From NCBI GenBank assembly GCA_005879975.1, contig VBIL01000002.1, positions 1 to 60,804 of the forward strand: a stretch of DNA of 60,804 nt, written 5' to 3'. This document shows positions 37,184-47,294 of the stretch, in pieces. Under the pieces are notes generated by a model. That model was not told where the DNA came from. It saw nothing but the letters and a program-made list of their open reading frames with translations, and did not search any database. The stretch is from Chloroflexota bacterium. Its GTDB lineage: Bacteria > Chloroflexota > Limnocylindria > P2-11E. The position numbers and the translations under genes are program-made. Each line of letters opens with the position of its first letter. Position 1 is the first letter of the stretch.

Positions 37184-37609
37184 CGCGAAACGCTGCGCCA
37201 CCAGCGTCGCCGCCGATGTCAACGCCGCGGTGGCCGCCTCCCAGAACATCTGCTTCGTCCGCGGACCCGTCTCGACCTCCCCGATCTCCTTGCGCAGCGC
37301 CTCTCGGAACCGCTTGCGGGTACCGCCCTTGAGACGGTCGAGCCGGCCGCCGAGCCGCTGGACGATCTGGTCAAGCTCCTTCTCGCCACGCGCCTGACGC
37401 GCGCCTCGGATCCGCGAAGCGAGGGCGACCCCGACCACAGCGGCGAGAGACCCGAGCGTTCCGAAGACCGCGAGCGGCTGACGTCGCGCGATACGGCGCG
37501 GATCGACGTCTTCGGAGAGACGCGCGCGCAGATACGCGAGGTCGCGGTCGATCTCGCCGCGGAGCGCGGCTAGCTCGCGCTCCGTCCGAGCAGACGCGCT
37601 TTCGCCCAC
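37139..37609 (-). CDS. DUF3618-like protein (coiled N-terminus plus one TM helix)
   Basis: GTG 37609 gives ...RTERELAALRGEIDRDLAYLRARLSEDVDPRRI...PLAVFGTLGSLAAVVGVALA. Confidence 0.45.
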   Translation of the reverse strand: MGESASARTERELAALRGEIDRDLAYLRARLSEDVDPRRIARRQPLAVFGTLGSLAAVVGVALASRIRGARQARGEKELDQIVQRLGGRLDRLKGGTRKRFREALRKEIGEVETGPRTKQMFWEAATAALTSAATLVAQRFASRLARDDELPEGRR

Positions 37610-38115
37610 CGGATGGTCTCCTTCACAGAGTTGATCGTGCGCGTTGGTCCGTGCAGCTCCAGCCTGCTGTAGCCGCCGTAGCCGATTCCGACCGTGAGGA
37701 TGGACAGCGCGATCGTCAGCAAGAGCGCCGCGAGTACGAGCTCCGGGAGGAAGAGGAAAGCCACGAGACCGATCGCGACGAGGAGGATCGCGCCGAGCAA
37801 CCCCGCCAGGATCTTGCGCCCGCGTATCGCGAGGACGAGGGCAGCGACGGCCGCGCCGATCGAGAGCCCGAGCACCAGTATTCCGAGCCAATCCCGCGGG
37901 ACCAGCGCGACCAGAGCGACGATCAGGACGACCACTGTGATGAGCGTGGTGAAGGCGAGGCCCGCGGCGATCCCGAGCCAGATCGCGGCGCGCACGTTTG
38001 CGGCGAGCAGCTCCGCGATCTCCTGGCGGGGGAGCTCGAGCTGCTTGCGGATGTACGTTCGGATGTTTCCCCGGATGCGACCGAGGAGCGTGCGGTAGCC
38101 GGGGCGTTCGTACAC
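37570..38115 (-). CDS. Holin-X-like (phage holin family 3) membrane protein
   Basis: GTG 38115 gives YRTLLGRIRGNIRTYIRKQLELPRQEIAELLAANVR, followed by 3-4 TM helices. The longer start at 38259 would nearly abut the divergent gene. Confidence 0.5.
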   Translation of the reverse strand: MYERPGYRTLLGRIRGNIRTYIRKQLELPRQEIAELLAANVRAAIWLGIAAGLAFTTLITVVVLIVALVALVPRDWLGILVLGLSIGAAVAALVLAIRGRKILAGLLGAILLVAIGLVAFLFLPELVLAALLLTIALSILTVGIGYGGYSRLELHGPTRTINSVKETIRWAKARLLGRSAS

Positions 38116-38274
38116 GGGCCGCGACTGTACCGCAGGGAGGCGCACGCGCGTCCGGCGGAGCACGTTCTCTGCCAGGTAAGAGTTCCGCGGTGCAACTCGG
38201 ACGCGCACGAGCGCCCCTCGGGCGACGTTATCTTCAACCCCCTGAGACGCCCCGATCACCGCCGTCGCGGTCCG

Positions 38275-39453
38275 ATGCGAAGCGCGCGCACGACTGTGCT
38301 CGCGCTCGCCGGCGGGATCTTCGCGGCCTGCCTCCAGGCACCGAGCGCGCTGCCGCAGGTTTCGACCGCCCCCTCAGCCGTGCCACCCACTGCCGGATCT
38401 TCCGCGCGACCCTCCTCGCTCGGCGTCGCGACGCCGTCGCCGAGCGCGACGGCCACCGCCAAGCCTCAGCCGGTGAGCGGCCGCTACGGCGTGGTTATCA
38501 CGGGCCTCATCGGTCCCGCGCTGCAGGCGTCGAGCTATACGGTCGCGCTCGTCGGCGCGGACGGCCGGACCGCCGCGAGCGCCACAGCAGCTCGAGTTCT
38601 GATCGGCCCCGAGATCTCCACCGTCAGCGCCTCAGCCTCACGGCTCTATTTCCTCGATGGGCCGTCGCGCCTGCGCTCTCTCACGCCTGACGGCGCGAGC
38701 GCCATGGTCCGCGATTTCGCGGTCGGCCCGGGCGAGCGCGTCGCCTTCGCGGTGAGCCCCGACGATCTGCGCATCGCCGTGGCCGTCATCGACGTGGCCG
38801 CGCCCACGAACAGCGTGCGCGTCTACGTCGAGGACCTGGGCGGCGGGGGCCATCGCGATCTCCTGACCTCGCAGACTCGCGTGATGTGGCCGGTCGGCTG
38901 GCGAGGCAGCCAGCTGGTTCTCGGCACACGGGAGGACCGCTGCCCGGTCTGCGACACCTTCTATTTCCCGTCGGGCTACGTCGTCGTCGATTCGAGCACG
39001 GGGTCCACCCTCTTCGAGGTTTGCACCGGCGGGGCGGAGCAAGACCTAACGCGCAACGCGACCCCGGCCGGGGTGCTCTGCGTCAAGAATCGAGGGACCC
39101 AGGACAGACTCACGGTCGACACGGTGGTAGCCGGCTGGGATGGCTCAGAGCGCGTCGTGCCGATGTCGTGCTGGGCGCAGGGTGGCTCGCTCTCACCGAA
39201 CGGCGAGCTTATCGCGGACATCGAGTACCCCCCGTGCCGACAGGGGCATCTCCGGCTCCTCGACCGAAGCGGCCGCAGCGCCGCGCCGCCTGGCTTCCCT
39301 GAGGACGGCTGGCCCGGTGGCTGGATCGACGATCGACATCTTGTCTATCGCGCCACCAACTATCGGCTGATGGTCGTCGACATCGTCACGGCGAAGGTCA
39401 GCCCCGTCGAGGCCGAGGGAACGTTCGTCGCGAGCCTGCCGCCGAACCTCTGA
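38275..39453 (+). CDS. Lipoprotein, probable beta-propeller; function unknown
   Basis: ATG 38275 gives [19 protein letters not shown] (lipobox), a P/S/A linker and then beta-rich sequence. The 5' part of ORF 37651-39453 is antisense to the two genes above. Confidence 0.6.
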   Translation: MRSARTTVLALAGGIFAACLQAPSALPQVSTAPSAVPPTAGSSARPSSLGVATPSPSATATAKPQPVSGRYGVVITGLIGPALQASSYTVALVGADGRTAASATAARVLIGPEISTVSASASRLYFLDGPSRLRSLTPDGASAMVRDFAVGPGERVAFAVSPDDLRIAVAVIDVAAPTNSVRVYVEDLGGGGHRDLLTSQTRVMWPVGWRGSQLVLGTREDRCPVCDTFYFPSGYVVVDSSTGSTLFEVCTGGAEQDLTRNATPAGVLCVKNRGTQDRLTVDTVVAGWDGSERVVPMSCWAQGGSLSPNGELIADIEYPPCRQGHLRLLDRSGRSAAPPGFPEDGWPGGWIDDRHLVYRATNYRLMVVDIVTAKVSPVEAEGTFVASLPPNL

Positions 39454-39511
39454 CTCACGCACGGTCAGGGCCGTTCTGCCAGAATCGACGTCTCCAGAAG
39501 GGGAGGTCGTG

Positions 39512-42067
39512 ATGGCACGCGCACGCACCAAATGGGTTTATCTCTTCGCGAACGGCAAGGCCGAAGGTAACGCGAAGATGCGCGAGCTGCTCGGTGGAAA
39601 GGGTGCCGGCCTCGCCGAGATGACCAACGCGAAGCTCCCGGTCCCGCCGGGCTTCACGATTCGAGCGCGCGGCGAAGAAGAAGCTGGGCGACCCGAAGGA
39701 TCCGCTGCTCGTCTCCGTCCGCTCAGGCGCGGCGATGAGCATGCCGGGCATGATGGACACGGTCCTGAACCTCGGACTGAACGACGACAGCCGCAAAGGA
39801 CTCGCCACGCTGACGAAGAACGAGCGTTTCGCGTGGGACGCGTACCGCCGGTTCATCTCGATGTTCGGCCGGATCGTGCTCGACATCCCCGCGGAGAAGT
39901 TCGATCACGCCCTCGAAGCCAAGAAGAAAGCGGCTCGCGTCCAGACAGATCCCGAGCTCAGCCCGAAGCAGCTCGAGGAGCTCGTCGACGAGTTCAAGGC
40001 GATCGTCCGCACCCAGACCGGGAAGCCGTTCCCGACCGAGCCGAAGGAACAGCTGCGCCTCGCGATCGAGGCCGTGTTCGGGTCGTGGTTCGGCCAGCGC
40101 GCCAAGGACTACCGAAAGCAGTTCAAGATCGCCGATGACCTCGGGACGGCCTGCAGCGTGGTGACGATGGTGTACGGGAACATGGGCGACGACTCTGGCA
40201 CCGGCGTCGCGTTCACCCGCGATCCGAACACCGGCGAGAAGGTCCTGTACGGCGAGTACCTCACGAACGCGCAGGGCGAGGACGTCGTCGCGGGCATCCG
40301 CACGCCGTCGAAGATCGCGCAGATGAAGAAGGACCTCCCCAAGGCGTACGCCGAGTTCGACCGGATCGCCAAGCGGCTCGAGAAGCACTACCGCGACGCG
40401 CAGGACCTCGAGTTCACGATCGAGCGCGGCAAGCTCTACATGCTGCAGACGCGGTCAGCGAAGCGGACCGCCGCCGCAGCGGTGAAGATCGCGACGGATA
40501 TGGTGCGCGAGGGCCTGATCACGAAGGACGAGGCCCTCCGGCGTGTGGACCCGATGCAGGTGGAGCAGCTTCTGCTCCCGCGCTTCGATCAGAAGGAAGT
40601 CGAGCGCGCGCGCACCGGCGGGCGGTATCTGGCGAAGGGGCTCAACGCCTCGCCCGGCGCGGCGACCGGCAGAGCCGTGTTCGACGCGGACCGCGCCGTC
40701 GTGCTCAAGGGCCAGAAGCAGCTCGTCGTGCTCGTGCGCCCGGAGACGAGCCCCGACGACTTCCACGGGATGGTCGCCGCGACCGGCATTCTCACCGCCC
40801 GCGGCGGATCGACGTCGCACGCCGCCGTCGTCGCGCGCGGGCTCGGCCTTCCCTGCGTCGCGGGCGTCGCCGCGCTCGACATCGACCTCCAAAAACGCGA
40901 GATGCGCGTCGACGGCAAGGTGATCAAGGAGGGCGAGGCCATCTCCATCGACGGGACGACCGGCGAGGTCTTCGCCGGTGAGCTGCCGACGATTGCAGCG
41001 AACTTCCGCGAGGAGAAGGAGCTCATCGAGCTTCTCTCGTGGGCCGACAAGAAACGCAAGCTCGGCGTCTGGGTGAACGCGGACACACCAGGCGAGTGCC
41101 GCCTCGCGCGGGAGTTGGGCGCCGAGGGTGTCGGCCTTGCGAGGACCGAGCACATGTTCCGGGAGGCAGAGCGCCTGCCGATCGTCCAGGAGATGATCCT
41201 CGCGAACGACACGGCCGGACGGAAGCGCGCGCTCGAGAAGCTCCTGCCGTTTCAGCAGGGTGACTTCCGTGAGATGTACGAGGCGATGGACGGGCTGCCG
41301 GTGGTGATCCGTCTCATCGACCCGCCACTCCATGAGTTCCTGCGTGAGTACGCCGATATCAATGTCGAGATCGCTGTGGCTCGCGCGACCGGGAGCAACG
41401 GACTGGAACTCGAAAAGAAGGCGCGAATTTACCGGCGGCTCGAGCAATTACACGAGGACAATCCCATGCTCGGCCTGCGCGGGTGCCGGCTGCTCCTCGT
41501 GTATCCGGAGATCCTAGAGATGCAGATCCGGGCGATCCTCGGCGCGGCGATCGACGTCGCGGAGAAGGGGATCAAGGCCAAACCCGAGATCATGATGCCG
41601 CTCGTCGGCACGATGGGAGAGCTTGATCGCCTCGAGGCGCAGGTCAGGGATGTTGCGGAGACCGTGTTCAAGGAGCGCGGGAAGCGCGTCGAGTTCAAGT
41701 TCGGGACGATGATCGAGATCCCGCGCGCGTGCATCATCGCGGACCAGATTGCGACGAAGACAGAGTTCTTCTCTTTCGGGACCTCACGCGATACGTCGAG
41801 GAGAAGATCATCCCGGCCGATCCGTTCCAGGTGCTCGACCGCGACGGCGTCGGCGCGATGATGCGGATGGCGATCGAGCGCGGCCGCAAGACGAAGCCCG
41901 GGCTGAAAATCGGCATCTGCGGCGAGCACGCCGGTGAGCCGTCGTCGGTCGCGTTCTGCCACGAGATCGGGCTCACCTACGTGTCGCCGTCGACCTATCG
42001 CGTACCCGTCGCGCGGCTCGCGGCGGCACAGGCCGCCCTCGCCGAAACGGGGGAGAAGGACCGCTAG
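39512..42067 (+). pseudogene. ppdK: Pyruvate, phosphate dikinase, interrupted at about 39662 and about 41784
   Basis: Three consecutive frames read as follows: (1) [44 protein letters not shown]; (2) [36 protein letters not shown]...GGSTSHAAVVARGLG...EFFSFGT; (3) [25 protein letters not shown]...[13 protein letters not shown]...AAAQAAL. Confidence 0.9.
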
Positions 42068-42576
42068 CTCGGCGGGGCGACGCGAGCCGCGCGGAACACG
42101 ATGTCCCACGTGCGGAAGACCGACACGACGATGAGGACCAACACAGTCCCCGCGAGCAGCTGTAACGGCCACGCCTGTCCTCCCAGCAGCGCGAGCCCGC
42201 CCGCCAGCGTGACGGCGCATCCAGTGACAAACAATGCCGCCCGGAACCAGCGATTGCGCCGGCCGTATATACCGCTCGAACGGAAGAGCTGCGGCGCGCT
42301 GCGCGCCGATGTCGCAAGGATGAATACGAAGACGATGAGGATCTCCTGGCCAAGTGCGACGAGCGACTGTGGAATGAGCGGGAACAGGGACAGACCCATC
42401 GCGACGACGTACTCCAGGAGGATCGCCCGGGCGTCTTGACGCAGGTCCGCGTAACGCTCGTCACTGAGCAGGCGCAAGTGGACCGAGACGGCCACGAAGA
42501 GGAGGCCGATGAGCGCGCCGGCTATGGTCGCGGTGGTAACGAAGAACTCGCGCCACTCGGACAGCTCGGGTGCCAT
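42064..42576 (-). CDS. Small integral membrane protein (4-5 TM), unknown function
   Basis: ATG 42576 is preceded by GGAGGAG. The sequence is hydrophobic throughout. Confidence 0.55.
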   Translation of the reverse strand: MAPELSEWREFFVTTATIAGALIGLLFVAVSVHLRLLSDERYADLRQDARAILLEYVVAMGLSLFPLIPQSLVALGQEILIVFVFILATSARSAPQLFRSSGIYGRRNRWFRAALFVTGCAVTLAGGLALLGGQAWPLQLLAGTVLVLIVVSVFRTWDIVFRAARVAPPS

Positions 42577-42668
42577 CCCACTCCTCCGCGCGGAACCTAG
42601 CATCGTTCCAGGCGCGTCTGCGCCGGAGCCGCCATGAAGGGCGCGACCGCTAGGGCCGGTTCAGATGA

Positions 42669-43100
42669 TCAGCTGCCTGACTTCGCGAGGGCCGGTGCCG
42701 GCTGGTAGCTCGGCGGGAGCGGCGTTCCGGTCTTGCGCGAATCGACCTCCACGATCTCGTCCTTCATCGGAGCGAGCACGCCCAGGAGCTGGTCCTGCTC
42801 CTTCTTGCCTACTCCGAACTTGTTGAGGGTCGCGACCAGATCTTCGACCAACGCATTGAACTCGCCCGTGGTCACCCCCATGCGAGTGTGCGTGGTCTTC
42901 ATGTCCCGCCCGGTGTACTGGCACGGGCCACCCGACGCCTCGCACACCTGGTCGATGAGCATCGACTTGAGCCGAGGGACGTCTGTTCGCCCGAACTTGC
43001 TGTTTATCCGCTCGTCACCCGCCGCGCGTGCGACGAAATCGTCGACGACGCTCGTGATCGCGCTCTTGCCACCTAACCTGTCGAACAGTGAACGTTCCAC
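42669..43100 (-). CDS. glbN: Group I truncated haemoglobin
   Basis: SLFDRLGGKSAITSVVDDFV...GGPCQYTGRDMKTTHTRMGVTTGEF is a trHbN-type sequence. GTG 43100 follows GGGGAGG. ATG 43136 is an alternative start. Confidence 0.8.
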   Translation of the reverse strand: MERSLFDRLGGKSAITSVVDDFVARAAGDERINSKFGRTDVPRLKSMLIDQVCEASGGPCQYTGRDMKTTHTRMGVTTGEFNALVEDLVATLNKFGVGKKEQDQLLGVLAPMKDEIVEVDSRKTGTPLPPSYQPAPALAKSGS

Positions 43101-43167
43101 CGCAACACCTCCCCTTGCTCGCGCCAGCGTTGGCATACACCCGGAGCGGTGACGTGTAAAGGCCTGA

Positions 43168-43803
43168 TCACGGCATGTGCGGTGCGAAGTGCCGTTCGAC
43201 GGCGGCGCCGATGTCGACCAGCGCTCGCGAACCGTCGATCTTGATGGAAACGAGACCGAGTGCTTCCGCGCGCCCCCGGATGTGGTCGGTCAGGAGCGCG
43301 TCGCGGGCCAGCCGGTTTTCCCGGGCGCGGCCCGGATCGCTGGTCCCTTCGACCGACCCCCATCCGCGTCGCTCGAGCGCGACGACGCGGAACTCCCGTG
43401 TCGGTAGCAAAAAGATGGCCTGACGCGGACTATCGATGACCGCGTGAACGAGGTCGGGCAGGAACCCAAACCCGTCCGCGATCACGGGAGGATGTTCCGC
43501 CATCGCGAGAAGGTCTTCTATGACCATCTCGAAACGCTCGCGAAAACCGCCGATCGTTTCATCCGCCATCTGTCGTGGAGTTCGTAAGATCCAGCGCTCG
43601 TCGAGCGACATCGCGAGGAACGCGGCACGGTGGGGATGACGATCGGCGCGAGTTCGCTCTGTGTGGTCGCGCGAGTCGTGCCAGTCGTAGTTGTATCGCG
43701 CGAGCCCGTGGCGGTCGGCGAGCAGGGTCGCCACGGACGACTTCCCCGCGCCGGTGCCGCCGCCGATCCAGAGGACATGCCGTAGCCGCGTTCGCAGCTC
43801 CAT
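43168..43803 (-). CDS. P-loop NTPase / small-molecule kinase-like protein
   Basis: ATG 43803 gives MELRTRLRHVLWIGGGTGAGKSSVA (Walker A). Confidence 0.6.
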   Translation of the reverse strand: MELRTRLRHVLWIGGGTGAGKSSVATLLADRHGLARYNYDWHDSRDHTERTRADRHPHRAAFLAMSLDERWILRTPRQMADETIGGFRERFEMVIEDLLAMAEHPPVIADGFGFLPDLVHAVIDSPRQAIFLLPTREFRVVALERRGWGSVEGTSDPGRARENRLARDALLTDHIRGRAEALGLVSIKIDGSRALVDIGAAVERHFAPHMP

Positions 43804-43941
43804 CGAACCCCCCTGCCCCGGACGGGGCTGGGCATTGTCCGCGCCCGCTACGTCAAAGAACAAGTCTTGAAGTTGGAACCGGTGACGCTCACACTTGTTC
43901 GTGACCCAGACCGCGTTCTTCATCTATTAGCCTTACGCGCG

Positions 43942-45033
43942 ATGGCCACACAAACGCGCGCCGAGGCGAAGCTTTCCCGAACGCGCTCTGTCTCGGCGCT
44001 GCGCGTTCGCGAACAGACCGAAGAGCTCGAGGCGACGGTGCTTTCCGAGCACGCGACACGCTCGGCGAACGCGCGCCGCGATCACCCGGAGGAGCCATCG
44101 CCGACTCGCGCGGCGTTCGCTGTCGATCGCGACCGGATCGTGCACAGCAAGGCATTCCGCCGACTCAAGCACAAGACGCAGGTATTTCTTGCGCCGGTCG
44201 GCGACCACTACCGCACGCGGCTGACGCACACGCTCGAGGTCACGCAGATCGGCCGGTCGATCGCGCGAGCGCTCCGCCTCAACGAGGATCTCGTCGAGGC
44301 GATGGCCATGGGCCACGACGTCGGACACACGCCCTTCGGCCATGTCGGAGAAGAGCTCCTCGGCAAGTTCCTCACCCCCGAGGGCTTTCGGCACAACGAG
44401 CAAAGCGTCCGGATCGTCGAGAAGATCGAGCAGAGCGGCGCAGGCCTCAATCTCACGCACGAAGTCCGCGATGGGATCGCGAAGCACAGCGCGCCGACCG
44501 AGGGCGGGGTCGAGACTGCGGCGTGGGGTATTCCCGAGACGCCCGAGGGATGGGTCGTGCGCTACGCGGACAAGATCGCCTATCTCCACCACGACATCGA
44601 CGACGCGATGCGCGCCGGGATCGTGCGTGAGGAGGACATCCCGCAGAGCATCCGCGCGTCGCTCGGCCGCGATCGCGCCGAGCGGCTCGACACGATGATC
44701 TACGACGTGATCGTGACCTCGTACAGCAAGCGCGACGTCACCATGAGCGACGAGGTGCTCGAGGCGACGAACGCCCTCCGCAAGTTCATGTTCGAGAATG
44801 TGTACCTGGCTGGCCCGGCCAAGACCGAGGACCGCAAGGCTCAGGGCGTTCTCTGGGAGCTACTCGGCTACTTCGAGGGGCACCCCGACCTGCTGCCGCC
44901 AGAGCATCAGCGGATCGCAAAGCAGGATGGGACGAAGCGCGCGGTCGCCGACTACGTCGCGGGGATGACCGACCGCTATGCGCTGGACACCTACATTTCG
45001 ATCTTCATCCCCTCGGGCTGGAGCCACCTCTAA
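43942..45033 (+). CDS. dgt: dGTP triphosphohydrolase-like HD-domain protein
   Basis: Contains DRDRIVHSKAFRRLKHKTQVF, RLTHTLEV and GHDVGHTPFGH. An alternative TTG start lies at 43867. Confidence 0.85.
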   Translation: MATQTRAEAKLSRTRSVSALRVREQTEELEATVLSEHATRSANARRDHPEEPSPTRAAFAVDRDRIVHSKAFRRLKHKTQVFLAPVGDHYRTRLTHTLEVTQIGRSIARALRLNEDLVEAMAMGHDVGHTPFGHVGEELLGKFLTPEGFRHNEQSVRIVEKIEQSGAGLNLTHEVRDGIAKHSAPTEGGVETAAWGIPETPEGWVVRYADKIAYLHHDIDDAMRAGIVREEDIPQSIRASLGRDRAERLDTMIYDVIVTSYSKRDVTMSDEVLEATNALRKFMFENVYLAGPAKTEDRKAQGVLWELLGYFEGHPDLLPPEHQRIAKQDGTKRAVADYVAGMTDRYALDTYISIFIPSGWSHL

Positions 45034-45072
45034 AGGGACAGCCGGCGCGTCGCATGGGAGAATGCGGCGAGC

Positions 45073-45441
45073 GTGGGCACCCGCCGGCGCATCCTCATCG
45101 TTGACGACAACCGTGACGCCGCGGATGCGCTCGCCGAGCTGATGCGCGACTTCGGTCACGAGGTCTCGACCGCGCACGACGGACGGTCGGCGCTCGAGAG
45201 CGCCACCATCCACCGTCCCGAACTGGTGCTGCTCGACATCAGCATGCCTGAGATGGACGGCTTCGAGGTCGCTCGGCGCCTTCGCGACGAGGTCGGGCTT
45301 CACGACGCGATCCTGGTCGCGCTCACCGGGTACGGAGAGGATCGGCATCGAGGCCTCTCGCGCGACGCGGGCTTTGACCACCACGTGACCAAGCCGGTCG
45401 ATGCGCTCAAGCTCGAGGAGCTCCTCAAGCTTCCGCTCTAG
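45073..45441 (+). CDS. Stand-alone response-regulator receiver (CheY-like)
   Basis: Contains ILIVDDN, LVLLDISMPEMDG, ALTGY and KP (122 aa). There is no output domain. Confidence 0.85.
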   Translation: MGTRRRILIVDDNRDAADALAELMRDFGHEVSTAHDGRSALESATIHRPELVLLDISMPEMDGFEVARRLRDEVGLHDAILVALTGYGEDRHRGLSRDAGFDHHVTKPVDALKLEELLKLPL

Positions 45442-45470
45442 CCCGCAAGTCCCGCGCGATACTGCGTCTA

Positions 45471-47294
45471 GTGCCTGGTGACTTCGACCTCGTCAAAGAG
45501 CGCGTCGACATCGTTCAGCTCATCCTCGAGCGGGTCCCACTCAAGAAGGCTGGCCGCGTCTACAAGGGCCTCTGTCCCTTCCACCCGGAGAAGACACCCT
45601 CCTTCCAGGTCGACCCGGATCGGCGCCGCTACCACTGCTTCGGCTGCGGGCGCGACGGCGACGTGTTCACCTGGCTCGAGGAGCAGGACGGCCTCGAGCC
45701 CGCGGAGGCGCTGCGAGTCCTCGCCGACCGAGCGGGCGTCGAGCTGACCACCCGGCGAGGGCCGGAGGAGCACGAACGCGAAAAGAGGCTAATCGCCGCC
45801 AATGACACCGCCCACTTCTACTTCCGGCAGGCGCTCCGCGGGACCGCGCGGGGCAAGGAGGTCGCTGCCTACATCGCCAGCCGCGGGATCCAGCCGGAGA
45901 CGGTCGAGCGCTTCGGCCTGGGGTACGCGCCCGACAGCTTCGACGGCCTCCTTTCATACCTGCGAAAGAAGGGGTACGCGGACGAGGAGGCGGTCTCGGC
46001 CGGGCTCGTAAGCTCGACCGAACGGGGCCTCTTCGACCGCTTCCGCGACCGGCTGATCGTCCCGATCAAGGATGGCCGGGGACGGATCGTGGCTTTCGGG
46101 GGCCGGGCGATGCGGCCCGACCAGCCTGGGAAATACCTCAACTCCCCGCAGACAGCCCTTTTCAACAAGAGCGGGACGCTCTACGCGCTGGACGCGGCTC
46201 GAGCCGCGATCCGCAAGGAGCGTGCGGCCGTCATCGTCGAGGGGTATTTCGACACGATCGCCATGCATCAGGCCGGTTTCATCAACGTCGTGGCGTCGAT
46301 GGGCACCGCCCTCACCGAGGACCAGTACCACCTCCTCGACACGATGCGGATCGAGCGCGCGATCGTCGCCTTCGACGGCGACGCGGCGGGCCAGCGCTCG
46401 GCCGAGCAGCGGGGGAGCGACCTCGCTCGTCAGGTGCAACGGGCCGTCCAGCGCGCCGGCCGTGGGTCGGTGACCGCACGGACCGGGCTCGCCGTATACG
46501 TCACCGTCCTGCCCAACGACACCGATCCAGACGATCTGGCGCGGCGTGACCCGGAGCGCCTTCGGAGCCTTATTGCCGCCGCGAAGCCGGTCCTCGAGTT
46601 CGTGATCGACCGCATCGCGAGCAGAAGCGACCTGGCGCGAACCGACGGGCGCAGGCGTTTCCTGGCCGAAGCCGTGCCGCTGGTCGCCGACGAGCCCGAC
46701 CCGCTCACGCGGGAGCTCTACCTGGGAACCCTTTCCAAGCTGACCGGTGTCGAACAGGAGTCGCTCCGCCGAGAGGCGTCCGCCGCCCCGCGAGAACCAA
46801 GCGGGCGGGGGACGGAGCTTCCCACTCGCGCTGAGACGACCACGAAACAAACAGGCTCTCCCGCGCGTTACCTAATGGCACTGTTGACGCGATTTCCGGA
46901 GGAAGCGGCGCGCGCCGACCTCGATCCCAGCGACCTCAACGACCCCGACTTGCGAGCGCTCTACGAACAGCTCCAGGCGGGGAAGCACCCGACCTCTGAC
47001 TTACCGGCTCACTTAGCCGCCGTCGTAGCGGCACTTGGCGCATCAGCGCCTGAGTTCGGAGATGAGGTCGAGCCTGGTCAGGCGATCGAGATCGCGGCCC
47101 TCAGCCTTCGGGAATGGAATCTGCGGCGCCGTCTTGAGGACGCCGGGGCGAAGCTCCGGCGCGGCGAAGGTGGCGACGGAAGTGTGCTGGACGGAGAGAT
47201 CGCTCACCTGGCGGACCAGCTCACGGAGCTGATGAGGCGCCGGGAACGACACACCGTCCTGCACACAGCGGACGTGGACGAGAGGGATGAATGA
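45471..47294 (+). CDS. dnaG: DNA primase
   Basis: Has the zinc finger CPFHPEKTPSFQV...YHCFGCG, the RNA polymerase domain GRAMRPDQPGKYLNSP, and Toprim motifs IVEGYFD and FDGDAAG. Confidence 0.95.
   Translation: MPGDFDLVKERVDIVQLILERVPLKKAGRVYKGLCPFHPEKTPSFQVDPDRRRYHCFGCGRDGDVFTWLEEQDGLEPAEALRVLADRAGVELTTRRGPEEHEREKRLIAANDTAHFYFRQALRGTARGKEVAAYIASRGIQPETVERFGLGYAPDSFDGLLSYLRKKGYADEEAVSAGLVSSTERGLFDRFRDRLIVPIKDGRGRIVAFGGRAMRPDQPGKYLNSPQTALFNKSGTLYALDAARAAIRKERAAVIVEGYFDTIAMHQAGFINVVASMGTALTEDQYHLLDTMRIERAIVAFDGDAAGQRSAEQRGSDLARQVQRAVQRAGRGSVTARTGLAVYVTVLPNDTDPDDLARRDPERLRSLIAAAKPVLEFVIDRIASRSDLARTDGRRRFLAEAVPLVADEPDPLTRELYLGTLSKLTGVEQESLRREASAAPREPSGRGTELPTRAETTTKQTGSPARYLMALLTRFPEEAARADLDPSDLNDPDLRALYEQLQAGKHPTSDLPAHLAAVVAALGASAPEFGDEVEPGQAIEIAALSLREWNLRRRLEDAGAKLRRGEGGDGSVLDGEIAHLADQLTELMRRRERHTVLHTADVDERDE

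Noticed and set aside
37651-38274. 5' 208 codons of the 600-aa ORF 37651-39453
   Set aside because: This part is antisense to the holin-like and DUF3618-like genes and is E/R/D-rich. A proper signal peptide and lipobox start is at ATG 38275.
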